A stretch of DNA of 64,000 nt from Oscillospiraceae bacterium (GTDB lineage: Bacteria; Bacillota; Clostridia; Oscillospirales; Oscillospiraceae). Of the stretch, positions 29,055-40,071 are shown piece after piece. How positions within the stretch are numbered: the first letter of the stretch is position 1; every line of letters starts with the position of its first letter. The notes beneath the pieces are model-generated. The model did no database searches. It had not been told where the DNA came from and saw only the letters and a program-made list of their open reading frames with translations. A program made the translations under genes and the position numbers. The DNA lies in contig JAFQTF010000026.1 in the NCBI GenBank assembly GCA_017409205.1, positions 1,275 to 65,274 of the forward strand, read 5' to 3'.

Positions 29055-30196
29055 TGGATTTGACCCAGATCCGCAATGAGATTGACAGCATCGACGATCA
29101 GCTGGTTCAGCTGTTCTGCAAGCGAATGGAGCTGTCATCTCAGGTAGCTCAGTATAAAAAAGCCAATAATCTGCCCATCTTCGTTCCTGCCCGGGAGCGG
29201 GCTATTCTGCAGAAGGTGGCTGAAAATGCCGGCCCCGAAATGGCAAACTACACCCGGGTGCTTTACTCCATGCTGTTTGAGCTGAGCCGCAGCTATCAAA
29301 GCAAGCTGAACGATGCGCCCAGCCACCTGTATCAGGAGATCTCCGAGGCCATTGAGAACACCCCCAGACTGTTTCCCCAGGCGCCAATGGTGGCCTGCCA
29401 GGGTGTGGAGGGTGCTTACTCCCAGATCGCCTGCGAAAAGATCTTCAAGAATCCCTTTATCCTGTATTTCAAGAATTTTGAGGGTGTTTTCACCGCTATT
29501 GAGCAAGGCATGTGTCAGTATGGCATCCTGCCCATTGAAAACTCCACTGCCGGTTCCGTGAACAAGGTCTATGACCTGATGATCAGCCATAATTTTTCCA
29601 TCGTCCGGACCTTCCGGCTGAAGGTGGATCACAATCTTCTGGCCAAACCCGGCACAAAACTCAGTGATATCAAAACCATTTATTCCCATGAACAGGCCAT
29701 CAACCAGTGTGCCGGCTTTCTGCACACCCTTACCGGCGTCAATGTGATCCCCGTTGCCAATACCGCGCTGGCATCGGAAATGGTGTCCAAATCCGAAAGC
29801 AGGGATGTGGCCGCCCTTTCCAGCCGGTTCTGTGCTGATCTTTACGGCCTGCAGTGTCTGGCTTCCTCGGTTCAGGATGCCGGCAACAACCACACCCGGT
29901 TCATCTGCATCAGCCGGAAGCTGGAGATTTATCCCGGCTCTGACAAAACCAGCATCATGATGATCCTGCCCCACAAGCCCGGCGCCCTGTATAAGGTGCT
30001 GGCCCGGATGTATACCCTGGGAATCAACGTGATCAAGCTGGAATCCCGTCCCCTGCCCGACCGGGATTTTGAATTCATGTTCTATTTCGATCTGGAGACC
30101 TCCATCTATTCCGAGGAATTCATTCAGCTGATGTGCGAGCTGGAGGATCTTTGCGAAGAATTCAAATATCTGGGCAGCTACACCGAGGTGGTCTGA
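29054..30196 (+). CDS. pheA: Bifunctional chorismate mutase / prephenate dehydratase
   Basis: N-terminal CM (R.EIDSID), PIENST, NHTRF, C-terminal ACT domain (KLESRP). Confidence 0.93.
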   Translation: MDLTQIRNEIDSIDDQLVQLFCKRMELSSQVAQYKKANNLPIFVPARERAILQKVAENAGPEMANYTRVLYSMLFELSRSYQSKLNDAPSHLYQEISEAIENTPRLFPQAPMVACQGVEGAYSQIACEKIFKNPFILYFKNFEGVFTAIEQGMCQYGILPIENSTAGSVNKVYDLMISHNFSIVRTFRLKVDHNLLAKPGTKLSDIKTIYSHEQAINQCAGFLHTLTGVNVIPVANTALASEMVSKSESRDVAALSSRFCADLYGLQCLASSVQDAGNNHTRFICISRKLEIYPGSDKTSIMMILPHKPGALYKVLARMYTLGINVIKLESRPLPDRDFEFMFYFDLETSIYSEEFIQLMCELEDLCEEFKYLGSYTEVV

Positions 30197-31422
30197 TGAA
30201 ATGCGGTTTACTGGGCAGAAAACTGGGCCACAGCTATTCCCCCCAGATCCATGCCTGCCTTGGATCATACGACTATACCCTCTTTGAGAAGGAGCCGGAG
30301 GAACTGGAAGCATTCCTGAAAGACGGGGATTTCACCGGCATCAATGTGACCATCCCCTACAAAAAGGCGGTTATCCCCTATTTGTCTGAACTGTCGCGCC
30401 GTGCAAGAGCGCTGGGCGCAGTCAATACCATCGTCCGCAGGCCGGACGGCAGCCTCATCGGCCACAACACTGACTTTTTTGGCTTTGAAATGATGATTCG
30501 CCGCAGTGGCATCTCCGCCGCAGGAAAAAAAGCGTTGGTGCTGGGAAGCGGCGGCGCATCCAATACTGCGGCAGCTGTTCTGGAAGAACTGGGCGCGAGG
30601 ACAGTCGTTGTCTCCCGCAGTGGAGAAAATAACTATGAAAATATCCATCTCCACAGTGATGCCGCCCTGATCGTCAATGCCACACCGCTGGGAATGTTCC
30701 CGGATACCGGTGTCAGTCCGGTGGATCTGCGTCTTTTCCCCCATCTGGAAGGGGTGCTGGATCTGATCTACAATCCCGCCCGGACGAAGCTGCTGCAGGA
30801 TGCGCAAAGCCGCGGCATCACCGCCATGAACGGCCTTCTGATGCTGGTAGCCCAGGCAAAGGAAGCTGCAGAATGGTTTACAGGCGGATCCATTTCTGAT
30901 TCCGTCATTGACACCATTCACCAGCGTCTTTCCGGACAGATGCAGAATATTGTACTGATTGGTATGCCGGGCTGCGGAAAAAGCACCATTGGCGCCCTGC
31001 TGGCAGAGAAAACCGGCAGAAGATTTGTGGATGCAGACGAGACCATCGTTTCCCTGGCAGGGATGTCCATTCCGGAGATCTTCGCCAAAGACGGTGAGGA
31101 AACTTTTCGCCGATGGGAAACAGAGGCTCTGAAGCAGTTGGGCAACCGCTCCGGTCTGGTGATTGCCACTGGCGGCGGCTGCATTACCCGGGAATGGAAC
31201 TACCCGCTGCTGCATCAGAACGGTATCATTTTCTGGCTGAAGCGGGAACTGTCCTGCCTGCCTACAGACGGCCGTCCGCTGTCCCAGACCAATTCACTCA
31301 CTGACCTTTATGCCGCACGGCAGCCGCTGTATCTTGCTTTTTCCGACCATGTCATCGACAACAACGGCAGCTGTCCGGATACTGTACAGTCCATTCTTTC
31401 TATTCTGGAGGGAACAAAATGA
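30196..31422 (+). CDS. aroE: Shikimate dehydrogenase - shikimate kinase fusion
   Basis: HSYSP, NVTIPYK, AVNT, NTD, GSGGA, followed by AroK domain (GMPGCGKST, ATGGG, RPL). Confidence 0.92.
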   Translation: MKCGLLGRKLGHSYSPQIHACLGSYDYTLFEKEPEELEAFLKDGDFTGINVTIPYKKAVIPYLSELSRRARALGAVNTIVRRPDGSLIGHNTDFFGFEMMIRRSGISAAGKKALVLGSGGASNTAAAVLEELGARTVVVSRSGENNYENIHLHSDAALIVNATPLGMFPDTGVSPVDLRLFPHLEGVLDLIYNPARTKLLQDAQSRGITAMNGLLMLVAQAKEAAEWFTGGSISDSVIDTIHQRLSGQMQNIVLIGMPGCGKSTIGALLAEKTGRRFVDADETIVSLAGMSIPEIFAKDGEETFRRWETEALKQLGNRSGLVIATGGGCITREWNYPLLHQNGIIFWLKRELSCLPTDGRPLSQTNSLTDLYAARQPLYLAFSDHVIDNNGSCPDTVQSILSILEGTK

Positions 31423-31859
31423 AAATTCTGGTGATCAACGGTCCCAATATCAATATGCTGGGCATCCGGGAGCCGGGTATTTACGGAAAAAACACCTTTG
31501 CGGATCTGCTGCAGCTGCTGCAGGACACCGCAAAGGCGCTGAATATTGAAGTGGAACAGTACCAGAGCAATCACGAAGGCGACATCGTGGACAAGATCCA
31601 GTGGGCCTACGGCAAAGTGGATGGCATCGTCATCAATCCTGCTGCCTACACCCACACCAGTGTGGCCATTCTGGATGCACTGAAATCCGTATCCATCCCT
31701 GCTGTGGAGGTCCATATTTCCGATGTGGACAGCCGAGAGGCCTTCCGGCAGATCTCCTATGCCGGCCTCGCCTGCTGTAAGACCATCAAGGGCCATGGCC
31801 TTGACGGCTACCGGGAGGCCATTGTGTACCTGGATCAGCTTCTGAATCACAAAATCTGA
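31419..31859 (+). CDS. aroQ: Type II 3-dehydroquinate dehydratase
   Basis: NGPNINMLG.REP..YG, QSNHEG, NPAAYTHTS, EVHIS. Confidence 0.96.
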   Translation: MKILVINGPNINMLGIREPGIYGKNTFADLLQLLQDTAKALNIEVEQYQSNHEGDIVDKIQWAYGKVDGIVINPAAYTHTSVAILDALKSVSIPAVEVHISDVDSREAFRQISYAGLACCKTIKGHGLDGYREAIVYLDQLLNHKI

Positions 31860-31860
31860 T

Positions 31861-31897
31861 AAAAAACGAGGGTTACGGATGTAACCCTCGTTTTTTT
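31861..31897. terminator. Bidirectional intrinsic terminator
   Basis: aaaaaacgagggttac-ggat-gtaaccctcgtttttt. Confidence 0.88.
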
Positions 31898-31900
31898 CGG

Positions 31901-34900
31901 TTATTCCACGGATTTCAGCGCTTCCGCCATGTTGATCTTCTGCAGCTTGAAGTAGAAAATGAAGTCCACCACCACCGCAGCCAGAATGGTCAGAACAATG
32001 GCATAAACGTAGGACAGCGGCATGACCATGGTCTTGAACCAGACCATATCGATCTTGATCTGGCTCATGACGAACACCAGAAGCAGATATCCCAAACCAA
32101 GACCCAGTCCGGAGCCTACCACCGTCAGCGCCATATTCTCCTTGAACACATAGGACGCGGTTTCCGAGGCATTGAATCCCAAAACCTTAATGGTGGCGAT
32201 TTCCCGGATTCGCTCGTTGATGTTGATATTTGTCAGATTATACAGCACGGTAACCGCAAGCAGACCCGCACAGAAGACGATGACGATAATGACAAGATCC
32301 AGTGCATCCATCATGTTGCGCACCATGCCTGCCAGATCTTCACTGACGGACACATTCATAACATCCTTCAGTTCCGAAATTTCTGCACCTGTGGCGTGAA
32401 CGTCCATGCCTTCCGGCAGCTTAACAAAGGCCATCTGATTCTGGGGCCTTTCACCCCACTGTTCCAGGATGGTGTCCGGCGAAACGATGGAATAGTTGTA
32501 AACATGGTTGTCGTAAATTCCGGAAACCGTAAGTTCCAGTGCCTCCATATCCGGATTCCGCATGGAAATCCTGTCACCCACATTGATTCCCATTGCCTCG
32601 GATACACCAACGGACAAAACCACCTCATGCAGTCCCGGAAGCGGAACCGGGTCGGAATTGCTGTGCAGATCGATGAAGCTGCTCAGCTCGTCTTCAGCAG
32701 AGATCATATAGATATCCTTGACCCGGTTATCAAATTCCAGTTCCATGCTGGTCTGGTGATAGAACATGGTTTCAATGCCCGGCTCGAAAATCTCCAAAAA
32801 TTCCTCCCGAATGTCCTCCGTTACCTCATCCCGGAAATAAACCTCCAGATCATACTGCGTCACATCCTCAAACTGGAAATCCACCACGTTGACAATAGAA
32901 TCCCGGAGTCCGAAGCCGGTGACCAGCAGGGCTGTACAGCCGCCGATACCCACCAGCATCATGGCAAGCCGCTGCCGGTAGCGGAAAATATTACGGATCA
33001 TCACCTTATTCAGGAAGCCGATCCGGTGCCAGAAGGGCAGTTTTTCCACCCACAGAGCCTTGCCGGCATCAGGCGCCTTGGGCCGGATCAGTTCCGCAGG
33101 CACTTCCTGCAGCGCCTTGCGGCAGCAGTACCAGGTGACCAGCAGCAGTGCGGCTGTATAGACCACAAGAACCGCGATGCAAAGGGGCCAGTTGACTGTA
33201 AGTACAAGTCCGGGGGTGATGAACAGCATGATCTTATAGGCCTCCCACAGGATCATGGGGAAGATGGTGCTGCCGATCAGAATACCCACAACGCAGCCGA
33301 TGACCGCGCCGCTGCCGGAATAGAACATGTATTTGCTGATGATGGCGCGGTTGCTGTAGCCCAGCGCCTTCAGGGTGCCGATCTGTGTACGTTCCTCGTC
33401 GATCATGCGGGTCATGGTGGTAATGCACACAAGGGATGCCACCAATATGAAGAACACTGGGAACACGCGGGACACGCCCTGAACGATATCCGAAGCACTG
33501 TCCAGATTGTTGTAGCCCACATTGCTGTTGCGGTCCAGAATGATGATATCATTTTCCGTCATTTCATCGATCTGAATCCGGGCATCCGCCAATTCCGCCT
33601 TGGCATCGGTCAGTTCCCGCCAGGCATCATAGAATTCCTTCTCAGCTTCCTGTCTGCCTTCCTCATATTCCTTCCAGCCGTCGGCCAGCTCCTGCTTTCC
33701 CTTCTCCAGCTCCTCCCAGGCTTCCGGAATTTCCTGCTCCCGCAGTTCCAGTTCTGCAAGACCGGCTTCCAGCTGAGCTTCTCCGGCTTCGATCTGGGCT
33801 TCCGCGGCAGCAAACTGGTTTTCCATCATGATCTGGGCTGCTGCAAGCTCCAGAAGGCCTGCCGCCATCTGGGCTGTGCTTTCATCCAGCAGAGCTTTCT
33901 GAGATTCCAAAGAAGCCTTCTGTGCTTCCAGTTCGGCTTTTTGGCTGTTCAGTTCATCCATCTGCTGCTGCAGCGGCTGCTTCTCTGCCCGAACCGCTTC
34001 CAGCTGGGCTTCATACTCTGTCCGCTGTGCTTTCAGTTCGGCCAGACGGGCTTCCAGCTCGGCCCGCTGTGCGTCATCAGTATCCCCCGGTGCTTCGGGC
34101 TGCTCAGGCGTTTCCGGTTCTGCATCACCGGGAGTGTCAGGATCCTCCGGCTCCTCCGCCAGCAGAGAAACAGTACCCACGCCGGGCAGAGTGACACGCA
34201 GGCTATCCATGCTCTGAAGCATATCCAGTGCACTCTGGGTGGCTTCGATGCTGGTGTCCAGAATACCGATCATGGATTCAATCTGCTGGATCTCAGTATC
34301 CAGAGGAATCATCTGTGTCTCGACCTGCAGTATCTCCGCTTCCAGACCCATCAGCTCGGTATTGATGCCGAGGATCTGGTTGTCGATAGTCTGACGCTCT
34401 TCCGTCATAGACTGATAGTTTATAAACAGCTCCATGGTGGAGTTGTTGATTTGCTGATATGCCTCTGCCTTGGCCCCGGCAAAGGTACGCTTGGATTCTT
34501 CCAGGGTGATCTTCGCCTCAGAGAGGGTCTTCTTTCCTTCGGCCAGCTGCTCTTCACCATCGATCAGCAGCTGCTCGCTGTCTGCGATCTGCTCCTCGGC
34601 ATCCACCAGTTCCTGATAGGCATCGCGAAGCTCCTGCTTCGCTTCGGCCTTCTTTTCGTGATATTCATCCAGGCCGTCCTGGTATTCCTCCATGCCGTCC
34701 TGCCAGGCTTCTTCGGCATCTGCCCGGGCTTCTGTCATCCGGCGGTCGGCCAATTTCTGCAGCTGCGGTTCCAGTGTATCTGCGGCTTCCTCCAGCGCAT
34801 CATTGTACACATCGGAATAAATGGCATAATCGCCGGGGATGGATACATTGATTTCCGGGATATAGTCCATATCCAGAACACCGGCCGGCACGTAGAAGTA

Positions 34901-35488
34901 ACTGCTGAGACTACCGCTGCCTACAGAAGTGGTACCCCGGTTCATATCCATGTACAGCGGCGTTGCCACATAACCCACAATGGTCAGGGTCTTCCGCTTA
35001 ACGTATTCCAGGGAGTCCTCGTCATTGGAGGACTGGATAACCACCTTCTGGCCGAGAATGCTGTCGTCCGCATGGAAACCGTCCACCAGACACTCATCCT
35101 TGTTCTGAGGCATTCTGCCGCCCCGGAGACTCACCAGATTCAGGGTTTCCGGAATGGTGATGAAGCGATATACTTCGTCTTCCTGAGAATCTCCCACTCT
35201 GGCGATCAGGTCCAGATAGCGCACGGCATCCACCTGCTCCACACCGTCCAGTGCAGCGATTTCTTCCAGATATTCCTCCGTCCAGCCGTAACTGTTCATC
35301 AGCCGCAGATCAAACATATTCCGGTCATCCATGAACGCCTGACCCGTGGCGACCATATCCGACTTGGTCATCAGCAAACCGATGAACAGACTGGCACCCA
35401 GCGCTATGATCATCACGATGGCAATATAGCGGCCAAGGGATTTCAGTATGGATTGGCGCAAATTCCTGCGCATGGCATTTCTTTTCAT
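31901..35488 (-). CDS. FtsX/MacB-like ABC transporter permease with long extracytoplasmic coiled coil
   Basis: Two FtsX domains (EERTQIGTLKALGY; ERIREIATIKVLGF); ATG overlaps the ATPase stop codon. Confidence 0.92.
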   Translation of the reverse strand: MKRNAMRRNLRQSILKSLGRYIAIVMIIALGASLFIGLLMTKSDMVATGQAFMDDRNMFDLRLMNSYGWTEEYLEEIAALDGVEQVDAVRYLDLIARVGDSQEDEVYRFITIPETLNLVSLRGGRMPQNKDECLVDGFHADDSILGQKVVIQSSNDEDSLEYVKRKTLTIVGYVATPLYMDMNRGTTSVGSGSLSSYFYVPAGVLDMDYIPEINVSIPGDYAIYSDVYNDALEEAADTLEPQLQKLADRRMTEARADAEEAWQDGMEEYQDGLDEYHEKKAEAKQELRDAYQELVDAEEQIADSEQLLIDGEEQLAEGKKTLSEAKITLEESKRTFAGAKAEAYQQINNSTMELFINYQSMTEERQTIDNQILGINTELMGLEAEILQVETQMIPLDTEIQQIESMIGILDTSIEATQSALDMLQSMDSLRVTLPGVGTVSLLAEEPEDPDTPGDAEPETPEQPEAPGDTDDAQRAELEARLAELKAQRTEYEAQLEAVRAEKQPLQQQMDELNSQKAELEAQKASLESQKALLDESTAQMAAGLLELAAAQIMMENQFAAAEAQIEAGEAQLEAGLAELELREQEIPEAWEELEKGKQELADGWKEYEEGRQEAEKEFYDAWRELTDAKAELADARIQIDEMTENDIIILDRNSNVGYNNLDSASDIVQGVSRVFPVFFILVASLVCITTMTRMIDEERTQIGTLKALGYSNRAIISKYMFYSGSGAVIGCVVGILIGSTIFPMILWEAYKIMLFITPGLVLTVNWPLCIAVLVVYTAALLLVTWYCCRKALQEVPAELIRPKAPDAGKALWVEKLPFWHRIGFLNKVMIRNIFRYRQRLAMMLVGIGGCTALLVTGFGLRDSIVNVVDFQFEDVTQYDLEVYFRDEVTEDIREEFLEIFEPGIETMFYHQTSMELEFDNRVKDIYMISAEDELSSFIDLHSNSDPVPLPGLHEVVLSVGVSEAMGINVGDRISMRNPDMEALELTVSGIYDNHVYNYSIVSPDTILEQWGERPQNQMAFVKLPEGMDVHATGAEISELKDVMNVSVSEDLAGMVRNMMDALDLVIIVIVFCAGLLAVTVLYNLTNININERIREIATIKVLGFNASETASYVFKENMALTVVGSGLGLGLGYLLLVFVMSQIKIDMVWFKTMVMPLSYVYAIVLTILAAVVVDFIFYFKLQKINMAEALKSVE

Positions 35489-36189
35489 TACCATTCGATC
35501 TCCGCAATATCCTGAGGCTTTTCGTTGATCTCAACAGATGTCACCGTTCCGCTTTTTACCCGGATCACCCGGTCGGCCATGGCTGTCAGGGCGCTGTTAT
35601 GGGTGATGATGATGACAGTCATACCGGTTTCCCGTCCGGTGGTCTGCAGCAGCTGCAGAATGGACTTGCCTGTCTGGTAGTCCAGCGCGCCGGTGGGCTC
35701 GTCGCAAAGCAGCAGTTTGGGGTTCTTGGCCAGAGCCCGGGCAATGGCAACACGCTGCTGCTCACCGCCGGAGAGCTGACTGGGGAAGTTCTTTGTTCTT
35801 GCGCCCAGTCCCACATCCTGCAGGATCTGTTTTGCATCCAGAGGATCTCTGCAGATCTGATTGGCCAGCTCCACATTTTCCAGTGCGGTCAGATTGCCGA
35901 TCAGATTGTAGAACTGAAACACGAAGCCCACATCATGACGACGGTATTCCGTCAGCTGCTTCCGGTTCAGGGCAGAGATCTCCTGACCATCCAGATACAC
36001 CTTGCCGGTAGACAGGGTATCCATACCGCCAAGGATGTTCAGCAATGTGGTTTTACCTGCGCCGGAAGGACCGACGATCACCACAAGCTCCCCTTTCTCC
36101 ACGGTAAAGGAAGTATCGTGCAGCGCATTGATTTCTATTTCGCCCATGTGATAGGTCTTTCCAACATTATGAAATTCAATAAAGGACAT
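35488..36189 (-). CDS. ABC transporter ATP-binding protein (LolD/MacB-like)
   Basis: [30 protein letters not shown]. Confidence 0.95.
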   Translation of the reverse strand: MSFIEFHNVGKTYHMGEIEINALHDTSFTVEKGELVVIVGPSGAGKTTLLNILGGMDTLSTGKVYLDGQEISALNRKQLTEYRRHDVGFVFQFYNLIGNLTALENVELANQICRDPLDAKQILQDVGLGARTKNFPSQLSGGEQQRVAIARALAKNPKLLLCDEPTGALDYQTGKSILQLLQTTGRETGMTVIIITHNSALTAMADRVIRVKSGTVTSVEINEKPQDIAEIEW

Positions 36190-36309
36190 ATCTGCCACTC
36201 CATAATACATATTTTTGTTATTATATCACAGTGACTGTAAAATGTCGAAACTTTTTATAAACTCTTAAGTAAAAAAGCATCCATCAACCGGTGATGAATG
36301 CTTTTTTGA

Positions 36310-36726
36310 CTATTTTTTCCGGAACACCAGCAGCTTGCTGCCAATGTAATTGAGTACCACCACCATGACCTGTGTGAACAGCTTCCAGATGTTTCCGTTC
36401 CACCCCATCAGATCCACGGTAAGCAGCAGGATCACAGTTTCTGCTGCTCCGGAGCCGATCCGGCAGCCTACAAATCTGGTCAGTTCGGGAATCACGGTTT
36501 TTGCAGACCAGTCGTTGCTTCTGAATACAAAAGGTTTGTTGGTCAGGTAAGCAAACGCCACCGCCACCACCCAGGCGATCATATTGCTGACGGTGGCAGA
36601 GAGCCCCCACAGGTTATAGCAGGGAATGTAAATCAGATAATTGACAATGGTGGTGCAGACACCAAAAAACAGATAGGAAATGATATCCCAATGCTTTTCC
36701 ATCAGTTTTTTTATGGTTTGAATCAT
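36310..36726 (-). CDS. GtrA family membrane protein
   Basis: YLFFGV.TT.VN, FAYLTNKPFVF, NYIGSK..VF. Confidence 0.9.
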   Translation of the reverse strand: MIQTIKKLMEKHWDIISYLFFGVCTTIVNYLIYIPCYNLWGLSATVSNMIAWVVAVAFAYLTNKPFVFRSNDWSAKTVIPELTRFVGCRIGSGAAETVILLLTVDLMGWNGNIWKLFTQVMVVVLNYIGSKLLVFRKK

Positions 36727-37364
36727 CAGAAGCCCAGTTCCTCTCCTACCAGAATGAATTTAATGCGGCCTGCGGGACGGCAGTTCCGGGTGATCAGGAT
36801 CTGATTGCAGATGCAGCCCTCGCTTTTGCAGTCGGCACAGACACCGGTAACACCACAGGGAGTATCCTGGCCAAAGCGCTGCTTGTTGATGGGTGCCGCC
36901 ACCGTGCGTGCACGGGTCACGGCATCCTCCAGTGTATCAGTCACCTTATTCATGCCGGCGATCACGATCACAGAATCCGGGCCATAAACAATAGCTGCCA
37001 CACGGTTGCCCATACCGTCAATATTCACCATCTCGCCATCCATACTGATGGCATTTGCACCGGTAAGGAACACATCGGCAGTCAGGCATTTTTTCATCAT
37101 CCTGACCCGTTCCTCCGGTGAAGAGCAGGTATCCCGGTCATAGGTATTGTAGCCGCCGGATTTCAGGGCGTCCATCAGGCCGATCTGCTGGGCAGAAATG
37201 GCACCTCCCCAGCCAATGGAAGCATCCCGGGGGATCAGATCCAGAGCTTTTTCCAGAGCCGTTGCCCGGTCAGGGCAATAATAGGCTTCAAAATGACGGC
37301 TGCGCAGATTCTTCAGCAGAAGCTCCGCCCGTTTTTCAAAATACTGTTTCCGAAAGTTATCCAT
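36726..37364 (-). CDS. LUD-domain (lactate utilization-like) protein
   Basis: ADVFLTGANA..DGE.VNIDG.GNRVAA, Cys-rich C-terminus. Confidence 0.85.
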   Translation of the reverse strand: MDNFRKQYFEKRAELLLKNLRSRHFEAYYCPDRATALEKALDLIPRDASIGWGGAISAQQIGLMDALKSGGYNTYDRDTCSSPEERVRMMKKCLTADVFLTGANAISMDGEMVNIDGMGNRVAAIVYGPDSVIVIAGMNKVTDTLEDAVTRARTVAAPINKQRFGQDTPCGVTGVCADCKSEGCICNQILITRNCRPAGRIKFILVGEELGF

Positions 37365-37474
37365 GAGTCATTCCTCCTTTTGCATATCATAGCGAAAAAT
37401 GGCACAAAAGTAAAGTGCTTTACAAATGAGAAAAAAACGGATATAATGCACCCAAATGAAAGGAAGGTGCTTCC

Positions 37475-38347
37475 ATGCAGTCCACAAAGCTTCAAAACCG
37501 CGGCAGCCTGATTCTTTCTATGTGCATCTTCGGCACCATTGGAATTCTGCGGCGGTATATTCCCCTGTCCTCCAGCCTGGTGGCCCTGGTGCGGGGCATC
37601 ATTGGTTCTGTATTCCTGATCCTGGTTCTTCTGCTCAGCCGGAAAAAACCGGATCTCGGTGCAATCCGGAAAAACTGGATTCTGCTTGCCCTGTCCGGTG
37701 CGGCCATCGGATTCAACTGGATATTGCTGTTTGAGGCATATAATTATACCTCCGTTGCTACCGCCACACTGTGCTATTATCTGGCTCCCATTCTGGTGAT
37801 TCTGGCCTCTCCTGTTGTGCTGGGTGAGACCATGACAGCCAAAAAGCTCATGTGCACCATGACAGCCCTTGCAGGCATGGTGCTGGTATCCGGTGTGCTG
37901 GATGCGGATTTTTCCGGTATGGCTGAACTGAAGGGTATCCTGTTCGGCATCGGCGCTGCTGTACTTTACGCCAGTGTGATCCTGATGAACAAGAAAATGA
38001 CCCCAGTCCCCGCTTACGACAAAACCATTCTTCAGCTGTCCATGGCAGCGGTTGCCCTGCTGCCCTATGTACTGCTGACGGAAGACTGGGCCGCTGTCTC
38101 TGTGACCCCTCTGGCTGTGATGCTTCTGTGCGTGGCAGGCATCGTCCATACCGGCATCGCCTACTGGCTGTACTTCGGTTCCATGGGAAGCCTGCCTTCC
38201 CATACCGTGGCGCTGCTGAGCTATATCGATCCCATTCTGGCAATCGTACTTTCCATGGTACTGCTGAAGGAACCCATGTCTCTCCCCGCCGGCATCGGCG
38301 CCGTTATGGTGCTGGGCGCCGCCTATATCAGCGAAAAACAGGAATAA
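37475..38347 (+). CDS. EamA/DMT family transporter
   Basis: About 10 hydrophobic helices in two EamA repeats. Confidence 0.88.
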   Translation: MQSTKLQNRGSLILSMCIFGTIGILRRYIPLSSSLVALVRGIIGSVFLILVLLLSRKKPDLGAIRKNWILLALSGAAIGFNWILLFEAYNYTSVATATLCYYLAPILVILASPVVLGETMTAKKLMCTMTALAGMVLVSGVLDADFSGMAELKGILFGIGAAVLYASVILMNKKMTPVPAYDKTILQLSMAAVALLPYVLLTEDWAAVSVTPLAVMLLCVAGIVHTGIAYWLYFGSMGSLPSHTVALLSYIDPILAIVLSMVLLKEPMSLPAGIGAVMVLGAAYISEKQE

Positions 38348-38362
38348 CGCTCCCTGCGGCAT

Positions 38363-38398
38363 AGCACCTCCGGAGAAAGAACTCCGGAGGTGCTTTTT
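38363..38398 (+). terminator. Intrinsic terminator
   Basis: agcacctccggag/ctccggaggtgct stem followed by T's. Confidence 0.8.
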
Positions 38399-38399
38399 G

Positions 38400-38771
38400 T
38401 TATTCGGTTCGGATCAGATGGAAGGCGCCGCGGTCATTCTCCAGCCTCAGGCTGTCACCTGTAAGGGTCATCGTAAACTGGATGGGATGGTCTTCCTGTT
38501 TGAAGGTCAGCGTGAGCACATCCTCCTCCAGTGAATAGGAAAATTCCCGGACAGCTTCCGGATGGCTGCCGTCCGCGAAGGCCGTCACCCAGGAGCCGCT
38601 GCCGTTTTCCCGGAAAAGAAACCGGGTCACAGCTGCCGCCTCTGCATCGGACTGGCCAATACCCAGCACACTGATGGTGATCTCCTCTTCCCAGGAACCT
38701 ACAATGGGTTCTAACGCAGCGCAGCCGGTCAGCAACAGCATCATCAGAATCAGGCAGAAAAATCTTCTCAC
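38400..38771 (-). CDS. Small lipoprotein (lipocalin-like beta domain)
   Basis: LLTGC lipobox; IVGSW start of beta domain; AAGGAGG RBS. Confidence 0.7.
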   Translation of the reverse strand: MRRFFCLILMMLLLTGCAALEPIVGSWEEEITISVLGIGQSDAEAAAVTRFLFRENGSGSWVTAFADGSHPEAVREFSYSLEEDVLTLTFKQEDHPIQFTMTLTGDSLRLENDRGAFHLIRTE

Positions 38772-38783
38772 AGCAATACCTCC

Positions 38784-40037
38784 TTAGCCATACAGTGGGT
38801 ACCGACTGCACAATCCACGAACTGTGGAAAGCACTTCCTCCCGGGTGTTTTCAAAGTCCTTTGCCGTCAGGGCGATGCAGTGGGCTATGGTCTTCATGTC
38901 TTCTTCCTGCAATCCCCTGGTTGTAACTGCAGCGGTACCGATCCGGACGCCGCTGGTAACGGTGAATTTTTCCGGATCGCCGGGAATGGAATTTTTATTG
39001 AGCGTGATCCGGTTCTCGTCACAACGGCGCTGCAACTCCTTTCCGGTAATTCCCATAGGCCGCAGATCCGCCAGCATCAGGTGGTTGTCCGTGCCGCCGG
39101 TGACCAGATCAAAACCTTCCGCCATCAGAGCATCTGCCAAAACTGCAGCATTGTTCACCACATTTCGGGCGTAAACTGCAAATTCCGGCGCCATGGCTTC
39201 CTTCAGACAAACAGCCTTTGCTGCGATCACATGCTCCAGCGGACCACCCTGCGTACCGGGGAATACAGCAGAATTTACCTTCTTCGCAAATTCCGCCCTG
39301 CCCAGGATCAGGCCGCCCCGCGGACCCCGGAGCGTCTTGTGCGTAGTGGTGGTGACGATGTCCGCATAGGGCACAGGGCTCATGTGGGCGCCGCCGGCCA
39401 CAAGACCGGCAATGTGGGCCATATCCACCATGAATACAGCCCCAACCTCCCGGGCAATATCCGCAAAAATGGAAAAATCAATGGTTCTGGGATAAGCAGA
39501 TGCACCGGCGATCAGCAGCTTGGGCTGATGCTTCCGGGCAAGATCCCTGACCTGATCATAGTCGATCCGTCCGGTGTTATGATCCACGTCATAGGACACC
39601 GCATGAAAATATTTGCCGGAAATATTGGCAGGGCTGCCATGGGACAGATGTCCGCCGTTGGCAAGGCTCATGCCCAGGAAAGTATCCCCCGGCTGCAGGA
39701 ATGCCAGCTGCACCGCCATATTGGCCTGCGCGCCGGAATGGGGCTGCACATTGGCAAATTCGGCACCGAAAAGCTGCTTCGCCCGCTGGATACACAATGT
39801 CTCCACTTCGTCCACAAATTCACAGCCGCCGTAATACCGCTTTCCCGGCAGACCTTCCGCATATTTGTTGGTCAGCACGGAGCCCATGGCGGCCATTACA
39901 GCCGGTGAGGCAAAATTCTCCGAGGCGATCAGCTCCAGTCCGTCCCGCTGGCGGAAGTATTCCCGGTGCATCATATCTGACAGCTCCGGATCGAAGGCGG
40001 ATAAAAAGTCTATGGCATCCATTGTCTTACCCAGCAT
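38784..40037 (-). CDS. glyA: Serine hydroxymethyltransferase
   Basis: [34 protein letters not shown]. Confidence 0.97.
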   Translation of the reverse strand: MLGKTMDAIDFLSAFDPELSDMMHREYFRQRDGLELIASENFASPAVMAAMGSVLTNKYAEGLPGKRYYGGCEFVDEVETLCIQRAKQLFGAEFANVQPHSGAQANMAVQLAFLQPGDTFLGMSLANGGHLSHGSPANISGKYFHAVSYDVDHNTGRIDYDQVRDLARKHQPKLLIAGASAYPRTIDFSIFADIAREVGAVFMVDMAHIAGLVAGGAHMSPVPYADIVTTTTHKTLRGPRGGLILGRAEFAKKVNSAVFPGTQGGPLEHVIAAKAVCLKEAMAPEFAVYARNVVNNAAVLADALMAEGFDLVTGGTDNHLMLADLRPMGITGKELQRRCDENRITLNKNSIPGDPEKFTVTSGVRIGTAAVTTRGLQEEDMKTIAHCIALTAKDFENTREEVLSTVRGLCSRYPLYG

Positions 40038-40071
40038 ATCGGAACCTTCTTTCTTTTTTGTTAGTTTTGCA

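Noticed and set aside
30196-31422. aroE-aroK fusion as a novelty
   Set aside because: Such fusions are to my knowledge common in clostridial genomes
33560-34760. Repetitive Glu/Gln/Ala-rich stretch and acidic Pro-rich insert in the ABC permease
   Set aside because: Variable-length coiled coils are typical of this FtsX-like permease family; no sign of an intein or mobile insertion
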